DNA of 60,855 nt from an uncultured Eubacteriales bacterium (GCA_964458655.1 CAYWJT010000007.1:1-60855), one strand, 5' to 3'; shown: positions 21,603-31,072, counted from the stretch's first letter. The notes: a model not told the origin generated them from the sequence alone. Translations and numbers: made by a program.

Positions 21603-22307
21603 TCACCTCCCCCGGCCTTCTTCGATGTCGCTGCCGATGGGTCTGCGGTCGAACTTGCGTTTCCCGATCGGGATGATGAAACCGGTCTCTTTCTTGAGGA
21701 TGGCGCCGACCGGGCAGATGTCCATGGCCCGGCGGGCATCCTCTTCGCTGAGGCTTTGGGCCAGGGACCGGTCGATCTCGATAGCGGCCCTCAGTCCACG
21801 GTTGACCACGGCGAAGACCTTCCGGCCTTTTTCCGTTTCGAACTTGAAGACGCAGCGGTAGCAGAGGACGCAGCGGTTGCGGTCCAGGTAGATGCCGTGC
21901 GACTCGGCGTCGACTTCCTTTTTGGGGAAGAGGAAGGGGAAGCGCGGGGCCAGCATCTGGTAGCGGTAGGCCAGGGCCTGGAGCTCGCAGTTGCCGCTCT
22001 TTTCGCAGGCCGGGCAGATGTGGTTGCCCTCGACGAAGAGCATCTCGATGAGGGAGCGGCGCAAGTCCTCTATGTCAGGCACGGCGTTCTCCACGACCAT
22101 GCCTTCGGCCGCCGGCTGGGTGCAGGCGGCGGCGTAGCGGCCGTTGACGCGGACCGTGCAGATCCGACAGCCGCCCGCCGGCTTCAAGCCCTCCAGGTTG
22201 CACAGGGCGGGGATATAGATGCCGCACTGACGTGCGGCCTCGAGGATGCTCTGGCCGGGCTTCGCCGGGCATTCCCGGCCGTCAATCTTGATCTTGATCT
22301 CACTCAT
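21603..22307 (-). CDS. hoxU: Diaphorase Fe-S subunit HoxU (NuoG N-terminus-like)
   Basis: PALC...GGCRICTV...C [2Fe-2S], HICPACEKSGNCELQ, CVLCYRC, CPVGAI. Confidence 0.93.
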   Translation of the reverse strand: MSEIKIKIDGRECPAKPGQSILEAARQCGIYIPALCNLEGLKPAGGCRICTVRVNGRYAAACTQPAAEGMVVENAVPDIEDLRRSLIEMLFVEGNHICPACEKSGNCELQALAYRYQMLAPRFPFLFPKKEVDAESHGIYLDRNRCVLCYRCVFKFETEKGRKVFAVVNRGLRAAIEIDRSLAQSLSEEDARRAMDICPVGAILKKETGFIIPIGKRKFDRRPIGSDIEEGRGR

Positions 22308-24108
22308 GATGTCCCTCCGCGGGAGCCGGCTTCCGGCCGGCGGCTTCGCAGCCGACTTCCAGGGACTTCCGGAAGTCGAATTCCGGCGAGAAATCCACGT
22401 CCTTCAACAGCCGCGCCCGGTAGAGGTCGGGGAAGCCATGGAGCGTGGTCAGGATGGGGTTTGGCGAAGTCTGGCCCAAGCCGCAGCGGCTCGAGGCCTT
22501 GATGAGCTTGCCCCATTCCTCGACCTCCCGGATGTCGCGCTCGGTGGCCCGGCCGTCGGCGATCTTCCTGAACTTCTCGAGGAGCAGGCGGTTTCCCACC
22601 CGGCAGGGCACGCAGCGGCCGCACGATTCGTCGACGAAGAACTCCATGAAGTTCTCGACTGCCTGGAAGATGTCGCGTTCCGGGCCGAAAACGATGACGG
22701 AGCCGCCCGTGGCCAGGTCCTCGAAGGCTATCTTCCGGGAAAAATCGCGCCGCGGCACGCAGGTCCCGGACGGACCGCCCACTTGGACGGCGGCGGCGTT
22801 CGCGCCTCCGACCAGCTTGAGCAGTTCCTCGAGCGTCAGGCCGAACTCCACCTCGTAGACGCCCGGGAGGCCGCAATCGCCTGAAACGCTCAGGAGCTTG
22901 GTGCCCGGGGACTTGGCCGTGCCGAACCTGGTGAACCAGTCGGCGCCGTTGGCCAAGATCCGGGCCGCCGCGGCCAGGGTCTCGACGTTGTTGACGGTCG
23001 TCGGCCGGTCCAGGTAGCCGACCTGCACCGGGTAAGGAGGCCGGTCGCGGGGCTCGCCGCGCTTGCCTTCGGCGGACTCGAGCAGGGCCGATTCCTCGCC
23101 GCAGACGTAGGCTCCGGCGCCCATCCGTATGCTGATGTCGAAGTTGAAACCGGCTCGGCCGGCAATGGCCTTGCCGAGCAGGTTCTTTTTCCTCAGGTCG
23201 GCCAGGGCCGCGTCGAGATGGTCCCGGAGGTAGGCGTACTCGGCCCTGAGGTAGAGCAGGCCCTCTTCGGCCCCGACGGCGAAACCGGCCACGGCCATGC
23301 CCTCAAAGACAAGCCCGGGGTTCTCCGTCAGGATGACCCGGTCCTTGAAGGTCCCTGGCTCGCCCTCGTCTGCGTTGCAGACGACGTAGCGCCGGTCGGC
23401 GGCCTGCTTGCGGCAGAACTCCCATTTGAGGCCGGTCGGGAAACCGGCGCCGCCGCGGCCGAGCAGGCCGGAGCGCTTGACCTCTTCGATGACCTGTTCC
23501 GGTTCCAGGGCCGCGGCCTTCCTGAGCGCAGAGCCCGGCTCGAAGGGAGACAGGATGACCGGCCCAGGCTTCCGGATGTTGCTGGCCACGAGAGAGCGGA
23601 TGAGAGCCGCCTGGCTCTCGCCTTTGCCGTTCCCCCGGGCCAGGCCGGCAGCATCCTTCCCGGCCTTGAGGCCGCGGACGATCTCCCTGACCCGCTCCGG
23701 CGTGAGGCGCGTGAAGACAAAGCCGTCGATGATGGCGGCCGGTTCCTGGTCGTTCATGCCGACGCAGGCCGTGGAGAACAGGCCGAAACGACCGTCCGCG
23801 GAGACACCGTTCATGGGACAACCGGCCTCCTCGGCGAAGGCCGCGGCCACTTCGGCCCGGCCGTTCATGATGGAGGTGATGCTGTTCGTGAGATAGATCG
23901 CGTGCCTGCCCCTCGGCTCCAGCGAGAAGAAGTGGTAGAAGCTGGCGACGCCCTTGACGTCCGCCTCCGACACGCCGAGATGGCCGGCCAGGGACTTGAC
24001 GGCCGCCCCGGTCAGGGAACCCTCGGCCGCCTGGATGTCCCTGATGGCGTCGATCAGGCGCGACGGGTCGCGGGGGTAATTCTTGAGTATTGTATCAATG
24101 CTGGCCAT
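22300..24108 (-). CDS. hoxF: Diaphorase FMN/NAD-binding subunit HoxF (NuoE+NuoF fusion)
   Basis: GRGGAGFPTGLKW, CNADEGEPGTFKDR, GAYVCGEESALLES, ESCGRCVPCRVG...CGLG. Confidence 0.94.
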   Translation of the reverse strand: MASIDTILKNYPRDPSRLIDAIRDIQAAEGSLTGAAVKSLAGHLGVSEADVKGVASFYHFFSLEPRGRHAIYLTNSITSIMNGRAEVAAAFAEEAGCPMNGVSADGRFGLFSTACVGMNDQEPAAIIDGFVFTRLTPERVREIVRGLKAGKDAAGLARGNGKGESQAALIRSLVASNIRKPGPVILSPFEPGSALRKAAALEPEQVIEEVKRSGLLGRGGAGFPTGLKWEFCRKQAADRRYVVCNADEGEPGTFKDRVILTENPGLVFEGMAVAGFAVGAEEGLLYLRAEYAYLRDHLDAALADLRKKNLLGKAIAGRAGFNFDISIRMGAGAYVCGEESALLESAEGKRGEPRDRPPYPVQVGYLDRPTTVNNVETLAAAARILANGADWFTRFGTAKSPGTKLLSVSGDCGLPGVYEVEFGLTLEELLKLVGGANAAAVQVGGPSGTCVPRRDFSRKIAFEDLATGGSVIVFGPERDIFQAVENFMEFFVDESCGRCVPCRVGNRLLLEKFRKIADGRATERDIREVEEWGKLIKASSRCGLGQTSPNPILTTLHGFPDLYRARLLKDVDFSPEFDFRKSLEVGCEAAGRKPAPAEGHHE

Positions 24109-24282
24109 GTTTCACCTCTCTCTAAGGTGAGCTAACCAGTGTACCATAAAAACGCAGCCCGGCGAAGCAATACCGGAGGTTTTTCCGCCCGTCGGGGCCG
24201 CCAATTAAGGGCTTGCTTTTTGATTTTGAAAAGCGGTAAAATCATAAGGGCGATAGAACAATATCAAACGGGAGGAGGACTT

Positions 24283-24975
24283 ATGAAGAAAAACATACTG
24301 ATTCTTATTCTTCTTGTCGGGACGCTGGCCCTGTTCCAGAGCTGTTCCACGCATCCCGAGAAAAACCTTCTTTCCAGCTATTTCCACGCCGTCGCCCTGA
24401 ATGACAACGATACGATGTCCTCGATGGCCATGGAGCCGATCCAGGTCGATTTGGCTTCGTGGCAGATCCTGAGCGTTTCCCCTGAAACCGTGGAGCCGGC
24501 GAAGCTGCCGGACCTGAACGCCAAGGAGCTCGAGCTGAAGAAGGCCGTCGAGGACCACATCGGCCCCACAGTCGCCGCCAAGGACGAGCTCGACGCCGCC
24601 AAGGAGCGGCTCGACCTCGAGAGGACGGCCTCCGGGAAGGCCGCCGCCAGGAAGCAGGTCGAGCAGCTCCAAGCCGTCTATGACCGGGAATACCAGAAGC
24701 ACAAGGAGCTGCAGCAGGCCTACAACGACGCTAAAGCGGCCGCCGCCCGGGAAGAGGAGATGACGGCGTTCTCGCTCGGTGTCAGGGAGCTGGCCACCAT
24801 CCGCACCCTGACCGGCGACGTCCATTCCAAGACGGTCGACGTGCTCCTTAAGCTCAAGAACAACACCGAGAGGAAGTACACCATCCATCTCAAGAGATAC
24901 GTCCTCAAGGACGAGGCTGCCAGGCTCTCGCACAACGGCCGCTGGGTCATCATCCAGTTCGAACAGATAACCTGA
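24283..24975 (+). CDS. Hypothetical lipoprotein with central coiled coil
   Basis: ggaggagg RBS; MKKNILILILLVGTLALFQSC lipobox-like; heptad-rich central region. Confidence 0.75.
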   Translation: MKKNILILILLVGTLALFQSCSTHPEKNLLSSYFHAVALNDNDTMSSMAMEPIQVDLASWQILSVSPETVEPAKLPDLNAKELELKKAVEDHIGPTVAAKDELDAAKERLDLERTASGKAAARKQVEQLQAVYDREYQKHKELQQAYNDAKAAAAREEEMTAFSLGVRELATIRTLTGDVHSKTVDVLLKLKNNTERKYTIHLKRYVLKDEAARLSHNGRWVIIQFEQIT

Positions 24976-25031
24976 GCCGTCGGAAAGGCTTCAGAACGCT
25001 GTCGAACCGGCGAACGGAGGACGGACCCTCC

Positions 25032-25059
25032 TTGACTGGCGGGCGCGTTCCTCTATAAT
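25032..25059 (+). promoter_or_regulatory. Sigma70 promoter of the tRNA-Lys/Glu pair
   Basis: TTGACT-16 nt-TATAAT, 12 nt upstream of tRNA-Lys. Confidence 0.7.
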
Positions 25060-25071
25060 AGAGCTTTTTCG

Positions 25072-25144
25072 GGGCCGTTAGCTCAGCTGGCAGAGCACCG
25101 GCCTTTTAAGCCGGGTGTCGCTGGTTCGAATCCAGCACGGCTCA
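25072..25144 (+). tRNA. tRNA-Lys (TTT), CCA not encoded
   Basis: Acceptor GGGCCGT/ACGGCTC, anticodon arm ccggc-ctTTTaa-gccgg, T-loop GGTTCGAATCC. Confidence 0.95.
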
Positions 25145-25154
25145 TTTCCCGCGC

Positions 25155-25229
25155 GCCCCTGTCGTCTAGCCCGGTCTAGGACATTGCCCTTTCAAGGCAG
25201 CAACACGGGTTCAAATCCCGTCGGGGGCG
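25155..25229 (+). tRNA. tRNA-Glu (TTC), CCA not encoded
   Basis: Acceptor GCCCCTG/CGGGGGC, anticodon arm ttgcc-ctTTCaa-ggcag, T-loop GGTTCAAATCC. Confidence 0.95.
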
Positions 25230-25375
25230 CTTTTCCCTTTCTTTTAAGCTAAGCGCGGTGATGATGCTCGAAGCCCGGCTTCCCGGCGGCGGCCTGATCA
25301 AGTATTAGAGCGCGCGGGCGGCCCTCAGGTCGAGCTTCGTCGGCGCTCAGGACGTCGGGGCGGACCCGCCAGGGC

Positions 25376-25624
25376 TCAGCCCTCATCAGCGCGTGTCTTG
25401 GCCAGCTCTTGCCGCGTTCTCCTATAAAGGCTGAAGACTAAAACGGCCGGCGCCTGGTAAAGGGGCAGGATGACGGAAGAAAGGATGAGCCAGTAGACGT
25501 TGAAGCCGCGCCGGAAGAGGAAGTAGAACGCGGCGAAACCGGCGGCGGAGAGGATTATCGAGGCGGCCAGAAGAAGACGGGCTTTGAGCCTCAAGCGGGC
25601 CGGGCCGCGGCCGGGGGAGTTCAC
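25376..25624 (-). CDS. Small hypothetical membrane protein (two TM helices)
   Basis: Two hydrophobic stretches flanked by basic residues; GTG start. Confidence 0.55.
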   Translation of the reverse strand: MNSPGRGPARLRLKARLLLAASIILSAAGFAAFYFLFRRGFNVYWLILSSVILPLYQAPAVLVFSLYRRTRQELAKTRADEG

Positions 25625-25658
25625 GGCGCTGTCTCCGGGGCCCGGACAGCGCGGGGAA

Positions 25659-25730
25659 TGGGCGGTGCAGGGTTCGAACCTGCGACCCCCGGTTTGTAAG
25701 ACCGATACTCTGCCACTGAGCTAACCGCCC
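25659..25730 (-). tRNA. tRNA-Val (TAC), CCA not encoded
   Basis: Reverse complement GGGCGGTTAGCTCAGTGGCAGAGTATCGGTCTTACAAACCGGGGGTCGCAGGTTCGAACCCTGCACCGCCCA. Confidence 0.95.
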
Positions 25731-25853
25731 GGCTTGACCCGGTAAATAAGGGTAGAGAAAACCCTCCAGGGTGTCAAGCCGGCCTGATTTGACAGGGGCG
25801 GGCGGCTATGCTAAATTTGAGGGGCATTTTTATTCCTCAAAAAGGGTTAGAAG

Positions 25854-26414
25854 ATGTACGCAGTTATCTTGACGGGCGGCAAGCAGTACCGGGTGAAAGA
25901 AGGGGAGACCCTGGACGTAGAGAAGCTCGAGGCCCCCGCCGGCTCCAAGCTGGATATAGAACAGGTCTTGCTCCTCGAGGACGGCGCGGACGTCCTGATC
26001 GGCACGCCTTACGTGGAGAACGCCATGGTCAGGGCCGAGGTGCTGGAGACTTTCAAGGACGACAAGGTCCTGATCTTCAAGAAAAAGAGAACCAAACAGT
26101 ACAGGCGGACCAAGGGACACCGCCAGCTGCTCACCCGGATACGGGTCGAAGCCATATACTCGGACAAGAGCAAGGCGCCCGAGGCCGGGCCGGCCAGGGT
26201 CGAAGAGGCCCCGGCGCCGGTCTCCGCCGAAGCGCCGGCTCAGCCCCCCGCCGCGCCGGCGCCGAAGCCGGCCGCGAAGAGACCCGCTCCGGCCGCCAAA
26301 CCGGCCCGGGCCTCGGTTCCCAGAGCCGTCTCTCCGGCGAAGACGGCGGCGGCCAAGAAAGCCGCGGCCAAGAAATCGGCCTCGGACAAGAAAACGAAGA
26401 AACGCGGAGAATAA
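25854..26414 (+). CDS. rplU: 50S ribosomal protein L21 with Ala/Pro/Lys-rich C-terminal extension
   Basis: MYAVILTGGKQYRV, KVLIFKKKR...KGHRQ. Confidence 0.96.
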   Translation: MYAVILTGGKQYRVKEGETLDVEKLEAPAGSKLDIEQVLLLEDGADVLIGTPYVENAMVRAEVLETFKDDKVLIFKKKRTKQYRRTKGHRQLLTRIRVEAIYSDKSKAPEAGPARVEEAPAPVSAEAPAQPPAAPAPKPAAKRPAPAAKPARASVPRAVSPAKTAAAKKAAAKKSASDKKTKKRGE

Positions 26415-26417
26415 GCC

Positions 26418-26672
26418 ATGGCTCATAAGAAATCAGGCGGCAGCGCCAGGAACGGCAGGGACAGCCAGTCGAAGCGGCTCGGCGTCAAGCGCCATGGCGG
26501 TCAGCTCGTCGAAACGGGGACGATCCTGGTCCGTCAGCGCGGGACGCCGTTCAGACCCGGTTTGAACGTCGGCCGCGGCAAGGACGACACCCTGTTCGCC
26601 CTGACCCGGGGCATCGTCAAGTTCCAGGACCGGGGCAGTCGGGGAAAATTCGTTTCCGTAATTCCCGCTTGA
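26418..26672 (+). CDS. rpmA: 50S ribosomal protein L27
   Basis: [41 protein letters not shown]. Confidence 0.98.
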   Translation: MAHKKSGGSARNGRDSQSKRLGVKRHGGQLVETGTILVRQRGTPFRPGLNVGRGKDDTLFALTRGIVKFQDRGSRGKFVSVIPA

Positions 26673-26782
26673 GGCCAACGTCACGACACTCGTCTTTTCG
26701 GCCTTCCGCCAGAGGGCGGGACACATCACGGGTAGAGCCTTCGTCGCGTCTTTTTTCCCGAGTGTAAGGAGAGGGCGCCGCT

Positions 26783-27829
26783 TTGTTCATTGACCAGGTC
26801 CGCGTCAAGCTGAAAGCCGGCCGGGGCGGGAACGGCTGCGTCAGTTTCCGCCGGGAATACCGCGTCCCCAAGGGCGGCCCGGACGGCGGCCGCGGCGGCG
26901 ACGGCGGCAGCGTCTACATCGTTTCCGACGGCAACATCAGCTCGCTGGCCTATTTCCGTTTCCATCCCCTCATCAAGGCCGGCAACGGCGCCCACGGCGA
27001 GGGCGGCAACCGCCAGGGTAAGAGGGGCCGGGATGTGCGCCTTAGCGTGCCTCCGGGAACGATCGTCAAAGAGGAAGGTCGCGACCAGCCCCTGTTCGAT
27101 TTCACCGCTTCCGGGCAGGTTTTCCTGGCCTGCCGCGGAGGCAAGGGCGGCCGCGGCAACGCTTCCTTCGCCACTTCGACGCACCAGGCCCCGCGGGAGT
27201 GGGAGCCGGGGCGTCCGGGCGAGGAAAAGGAGCTCACCCTCGAGCTCAAGCTCATCGCCGACGTCGGCCTGGTTGGCTTCCCGAACGCCGGCAAGTCGAC
27301 GCTCATCTCCAAGGTCTCGGCGGCCCGGCCGCTCATAGCCGACTATCCTTTCACGACGCTCGTCCCCAACCTCGGAGTGGTCGACCTGGGCGGGTACAGA
27401 AGCTTCGTCGTCGCCGACATCCCGGGTATAATCGAAGGGGCCCACCAGGGGCAGGGCCTGGGCCTGCGCTTCCTGCGCCATATCGAGCGGACGAAAGTCC
27501 TGGTCCACCTTGTGGATGTTTCGCCTTATACCGGGCGCGACCCGGTCCAGGATTTCAAGGTGGTGATGAAAGAGCTGGAGGCCTTCAACCCGGTGCTGGC
27601 GCGAAGGCCGCAGATACTGGCCGCCAACAAGACGGACCTCCTCGGGCCAGGAGACCAGAAGCGGCTGGAGAGCCTCAGGAAGCTTGCTGCCCGCGAGAAG
27701 GCCCCGTTCTTCGCCGTTTCGGCCCTCAAGGGCCAAGGGTTGAAGCGGCTCGTCGCGGCCATGGCCCGCGAGCTCGAGAAGGCCGGCGCCGAGATGGGAC
27801 GGCAGGAAGGCGGACGCGGCAATGGATAG
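26783..27829 (+). CDS. obgE: GTPase Obg (CgtA)
   Basis: GGPDGGRGGDGG, ADVGLVGFPNAGKST, DYPFTTLVPNLG, DIPGIIEGA, NKTD. Confidence 0.97.
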   Translation: MFIDQVRVKLKAGRGGNGCVSFRREYRVPKGGPDGGRGGDGGSVYIVSDGNISSLAYFRFHPLIKAGNGAHGEGGNRQGKRGRDVRLSVPPGTIVKEEGRDQPLFDFTASGQVFLACRGGKGGRGNASFATSTHQAPREWEPGRPGEEKELTLELKLIADVGLVGFPNAGKSTLISKVSAARPLIADYPFTTLVPNLGVVDLGGYRSFVVADIPGIIEGAHQGQGLGLRFLRHIERTKVLVHLVDVSPYTGRDPVQDFKVVMKELEAFNPVLARRPQILAANKTDLLGPGDQKRLESLRKLAAREKAPFFAVSALKGQGLKRLVAAMARELEKAGAEMGRQEGGRGNG

Positions 27830-28472
27830 CATCGGCCTTTACGGCGGCACATTCAACCCGATACACCTCGGACACCTGAAGGCCGCCGAGACGGTGACGG
27901 AGGCCTTCGGGTTGGAGCGCGTCCTGTTCATCCCCTCCTACATACCTCCGCACAAGGAGAGCCGCGAAGTGGCCTCGGCCGCTCATCGCTTGAGGATGGT
28001 CGAGCTGGCCGTCGCCGGGCACGACAGGTTCGCCGCCAGCGACATCGAGGTCGCGGCCGGAGGCCGGTCCTATTCGATAGCGACGGTGAGGAAGGTGAAA
28101 GGGCTGTATCCGGAAGCCGAGCTCTTTTTCATCGTGGGCATCGACGCCTTCCTCGAGATCGGCACCTGGCGTGAGTATGAGGCCCTGCTCGCCGAGTGCC
28201 GTTTCATCGTCACGAGCCGGCCCGGTTGGGCCCTCGACGCGTCGGGCGTGCTGGGCGGAAAGCTCCGCGAGAGCGTCAGTCCGGCGCTTGATGGTATAAT
28301 ACCGGCGAAGAAGGTGCGAGAGAGGTACAGGATCTTCCCGCTGGTCATCGACGCTCTGAACATATCCTCCACGGAGGTCCGGGCCAGGGCCAGGCAGAGC
28401 CTGAGCCTTGAGGGCCTGGTGCCGCCGGCCGTCGAACGATACATAAGGGAAAACGAACTCTATTCTCGATGA
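27822..28472 (+). CDS. nadD: Nicotinate-nucleotide adenylyltransferase
   Basis: GGTFNPIHLGH, PPHK, IVGID, ISSTEVR. Confidence 0.94.
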   Translation: MDSIGLYGGTFNPIHLGHLKAAETVTEAFGLERVLFIPSYIPPHKESREVASAAHRLRMVELAVAGHDRFAASDIEVAAGGRSYSIATVRKVKGLYPEAELFFIVGIDAFLEIGTWREYEALLAECRFIVTSRPGWALDASGVLGGKLRESVSPALDGIIPAKKVRERYRIFPLVIDALNISSTEVRARARQSLSLEGLVPPAVERYIRENELYSR

Positions 28473-28481
28473 AAGGGGAAA

Positions 28482-28853
28482 ATGCCGGAAAACAAGCCGC
28501 AACGCTTCACTAAGCGCAGCCTTCCCCGCGAGGTCCGCCTGGCGGTGGAGGCCGGACTGGACAAAAAGGCCGAAGGGCTCTGCGTCCTCGACCTCAGGGA
28601 GCTCAGCTCCTTCACCGATTTCTTCCTCATCGCGAGCGGGGCTTCCTCGCGTCAGAACCAGGCCATTGCCGACGCCCTGGAGGTCAGCCTCAAGCAGGCC
28701 GGCCGCCGGCCGCTGAGCGTCGAGGGCTCCGGGACCGCCGAATGGATCCTCATGGATTACGGCTCTTTCGTGGTCCATGTCTTTTCACGGCGGGCCAGGG
28801 ACTTCTACGCGCTGGAGAAGCTCTGGGGCGACGCCCCGCGCCTCGATTTCTGA
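28482..28853 (+). CDS. rsfS: Ribosome silencing factor RsfS (Iojap)
   Basis: DKKAEG, FTDFFLIASG, WILMDYG, FYALEKLWGDA. Confidence 0.94.
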   Translation: MPENKPQRFTKRSLPREVRLAVEAGLDKKAEGLCVLDLRELSSFTDFFLIASGASSRQNQAIADALEVSLKQAGRRPLSVEGSGTAEWILMDYGSFVVHVFSRRARDFYALEKLWGDAPRLDF

Positions 28854-28939
28854 ACCCGGGCGATTCCCCGTTTTTTTATCGCCGCCGCTATTGACAACGT
28901 CAGGTCGAATCATTATTGTTTTAGGGCATTTTTCAGGTT

Positions 28940-29404
28940 ATGAGGCTGAGATTCCTCTGGCCGGGCAGGACGAGAAGCCCCGAGTTCCGGGCGCTCGAAG
29001 AGGCCTATCTGGAAAAGATCGAGAGGCTCCAGCCCGCCGAGGTCGTCGTCACCAGAGAGGCGGCCGGGCTCCGGGAAAAGGACGCCGCCAGGGTCATGGC
29101 GGTCGAAGCCCGGGGGCTTGAAAAGTGCCTGTCCGATTCCTATATTGTCTGTCTGACTGACGGAGGGAGAGAGATGACGTCGGAAGGGCTGGCCTCCTTT
29201 CTCGCCAAGAGGAACGAGGCTGCGCGGGACACGGCTTTCGTGGTCGGGGGCTTCCTCGGCCTCGACCGGGCCCTGCTCGAACGCGCCGACCTCAAGCTGT
29301 CCCTTTCCAGGATGACGTTCTCGCATGAGTTGAGCCGCGTCATGCTGCTCGAACAGGTCTATAGGGCCCTGACGATGATACGGGGCCGAAAATACGCCAA
29401 GTGA
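28940..29404 (+). CDS. rlmH: 23S rRNA pseudouridine1915 N3-methyltransferase RlmH
   Basis: FVVGGFLG, LSLSRMTFSHEL.RVMLLEQVYRA; follows rsfS as usual. Confidence 0.9.
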   Translation: MRLRFLWPGRTRSPEFRALEEAYLEKIERLQPAEVVVTREAAGLREKDAARVMAVEARGLEKCLSDSYIVCLTDGGREMTSEGLASFLAKRNEAARDTAFVVGGFLGLDRALLERADLKLSLSRMTFSHELSRVMLLEQVYRALTMIRGRKYAK

Positions 29405-29416
29405 GGGGGTCCCAGA

Positions 29417-29788
29417 GTGACCAAGAGATTCGACAAGAAAGAGAAGGAGCAGTTCAAAAAGCAGCTCCGCGACAAGAAGTTCGGCATCATCCACAAGTTG
29501 AGCAAGGTCATCGACGAGAGCAAGGAGATGGAAAGCAACGTCGCACAAGACGCGGTCGACAAGGCTGAAACGTCATATACCAAGGAGTTCCTCCTCAGCC
29601 TGTCCGACGCGGACCGGGAACAGCTGGTCCAGATCGACGAGGCGCTGAGAAGGCTCGAGCACGACGAGTTCGGGCTGTGCCAGCAGTGCGGGAAAGAGAT
29701 AAGCCGCAAGAGACTCGAAGCCATCCCCTGGGCCCAGTACTGCATTTCCTGCCAGGAAAAGATAGAAGCAGAGTACAAGTCCGGCTGA
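29417..29788 (+). CDS. TraR/DksA family C4 zinc-finger protein
   Basis: DAVD...DAD coiled-coil tip, IDEALRRL, CQQC...RLEAIPWAQYCISCQ. Confidence 0.88.
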   Translation: MTKRFDKKEKEQFKKQLRDKKFGIIHKLSKVIDESKEMESNVAQDAVDKAETSYTKEFLLSLSDADREQLVQIDEALRRLEHDEFGLCQQCGKEISRKRLEAIPWAQYCISCQEKIEAEYKSG

Positions 29789-29802
29789 GGCCTGCCCTCA
29801 GT

Positions 29803-30540
29803 CTGCTCGCGCCTTTCGTCCGGGCCGTCAGGCTGGCTGCGAGCCTGCTCGTCTATCCCTCGTTTTGCCGCCTGTGCGGCCGCTTCCTGGAAGACCCCGC
29901 GGACAAGATAGTCTGCCGCGAATGTCTCGACCGTCTGGACGCCCCCGGTGGCCCGGTCTGCGTGTGCTGCGGCCGCTTCTTCTCGGGAGACGGGGAGGCG
30001 CATCTCTGCGGCGAATGCCTGACTGAGCCGCCGCCTTTCAGCCGGCACCGCTCGGCCGGCGTCTATGACGGCGTCCTAAGGGGGCTGATACTGGTTTTCA
30101 AGTACGGCAGGGTCCAGGCACTGGGCGGCTTGCTGGCCGATTTCATGTGTCGGGCGCCGGCCTTGGAGAGCGATGATATCTTCGAGGGCGTGGATTACGT
30201 CGTCCCGGTCCCCCTGCACCGCCGGAGAAGGAGACGGAGGGGATTCAACCAGGCCTTGGTGCTCGGCCGGGAACTCGCGAAGAGGAAAGAGCTCCCGGTG
30301 CTGGCCCGAGGCCTGGTCCGGGTCAAAGACGCGCCGCCCCAGGCCTCGCTCGACGCCAGGGAGCGCGGCCGCAATATCAGGGGCGCGTTCCGGCCGGCGA
30401 AAGGGCGGCGGCTTAAGGGGAAGACCGTATTGCTCGTGGACGACGTCTATACGACCGGCGCGACCGTCAGGGAGTGCAGCCTGGCCTTGCTCAAGGCCGG
30501 CGCGGCCGAGGTGCGCGTGGTGACGGTCGCCCGGGCATAA
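29803..30540 (+). CDS. comF: ComF family protein (double zinc ribbon plus phosphoribosyltransferase domain); start uncertain
   Basis: CxxC repeats, VPVPLH...RGFNQA, LLVDDVYTTGAT. Confidence 0.88.
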   Translation: MLAPFVRAVRLAASLLVYPSFCRLCGRFLEDPADKIVCRECLDRLDAPGGPVCVCCGRFFSGDGEAHLCGECLTEPPPFSRHRSAGVYDGVLRGLILVFKYGRVQALGGLLADFMCRAPALESDDIFEGVDYVVPVPLHRRRRRRRGFNQALVLGRELAKRKELPVLARGLVRVKDAPPQASLDARERGRNIRGAFRPAKGRRLKGKTVLLVDDVYTTGATVRECSLALLKAGAAEVRVVTVARA

Positions 30541-30545
30541 AAAAA

Positions 30546-30574
30546 GGGGACAGGCACCCCTGGTCCCTGTCCCC
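30546..30574. terminator. GGGGACAGG hairpin between convergent comF and hsp20 (REP-like, probable bidirectional terminator)
   Basis: ggggacagg...cctgtcccc 9-bp stem preceded by an A-run. Confidence 0.6.
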
Positions 30575-30592
30575 CGTACCGGATGTCGGCAG

Positions 30593-31072
30593 TTACTTCT
30601 TGGCTTTCTCTTCCGGGGCGCTCTGGGGCTTGAGGATCTTGACCTTCTTGGGCTTCACTTCAGGCTTCTTGGGCATCCGGATTCGCAGCAGGCCGTTGTC
30701 GTACTCGGCCTCGATCTTCTCGTGGTCGACATAGCTCGGCAGGGCGAAGCTCCTGAAGAAAGAGCCGTAGGAGCGCTCGATGCGGTGGTAGTTCTCCTCC
30801 TTGGTCTCCTTCTCGAACTTGCGCTCGCCCTTGACGGTCAGGTTGCCGTCCTCGATGTTGATCTCGATGTCCTTCTCGTCGACGCCGGGCACCTCAGCGC
30901 TGAGCACGACCTCGCTCTCGGTCTCGTAGATGTCCACGGCGGGCACCCAGGAGCTCGAGATGAGGTCTTTTTCCTCTCCCCTGGAGAAAGCCACCATGTC
31001 CTCAAAGAGCCGGTTCATCCTGTCCCTGAGGGTCATGAAATCCTTGAATGGGTCCCATTTTACGATAGCCAT
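30593..31072 (-). CDS. Hsp20/alpha-crystallin small heat-shock protein
   Basis: PAVDIYET, EVPGV, LTVKGERK, ERSYGSFFRSFALP, AEYDNGLL. Confidence 0.94.
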   Translation of the reverse strand: MAIVKWDPFKDFMTLRDRMNRLFEDMVAFSRGEEKDLISSSWVPAVDIYETESEVVLSAEVPGVDEKDIEINIEDGNLTVKGERKFEKETKEENYHRIERSYGSFFRSFALPSYVDHEKIEAEYDNGLLRIRMPKKPEVKPKKVKILKPQSAPEEKAKK

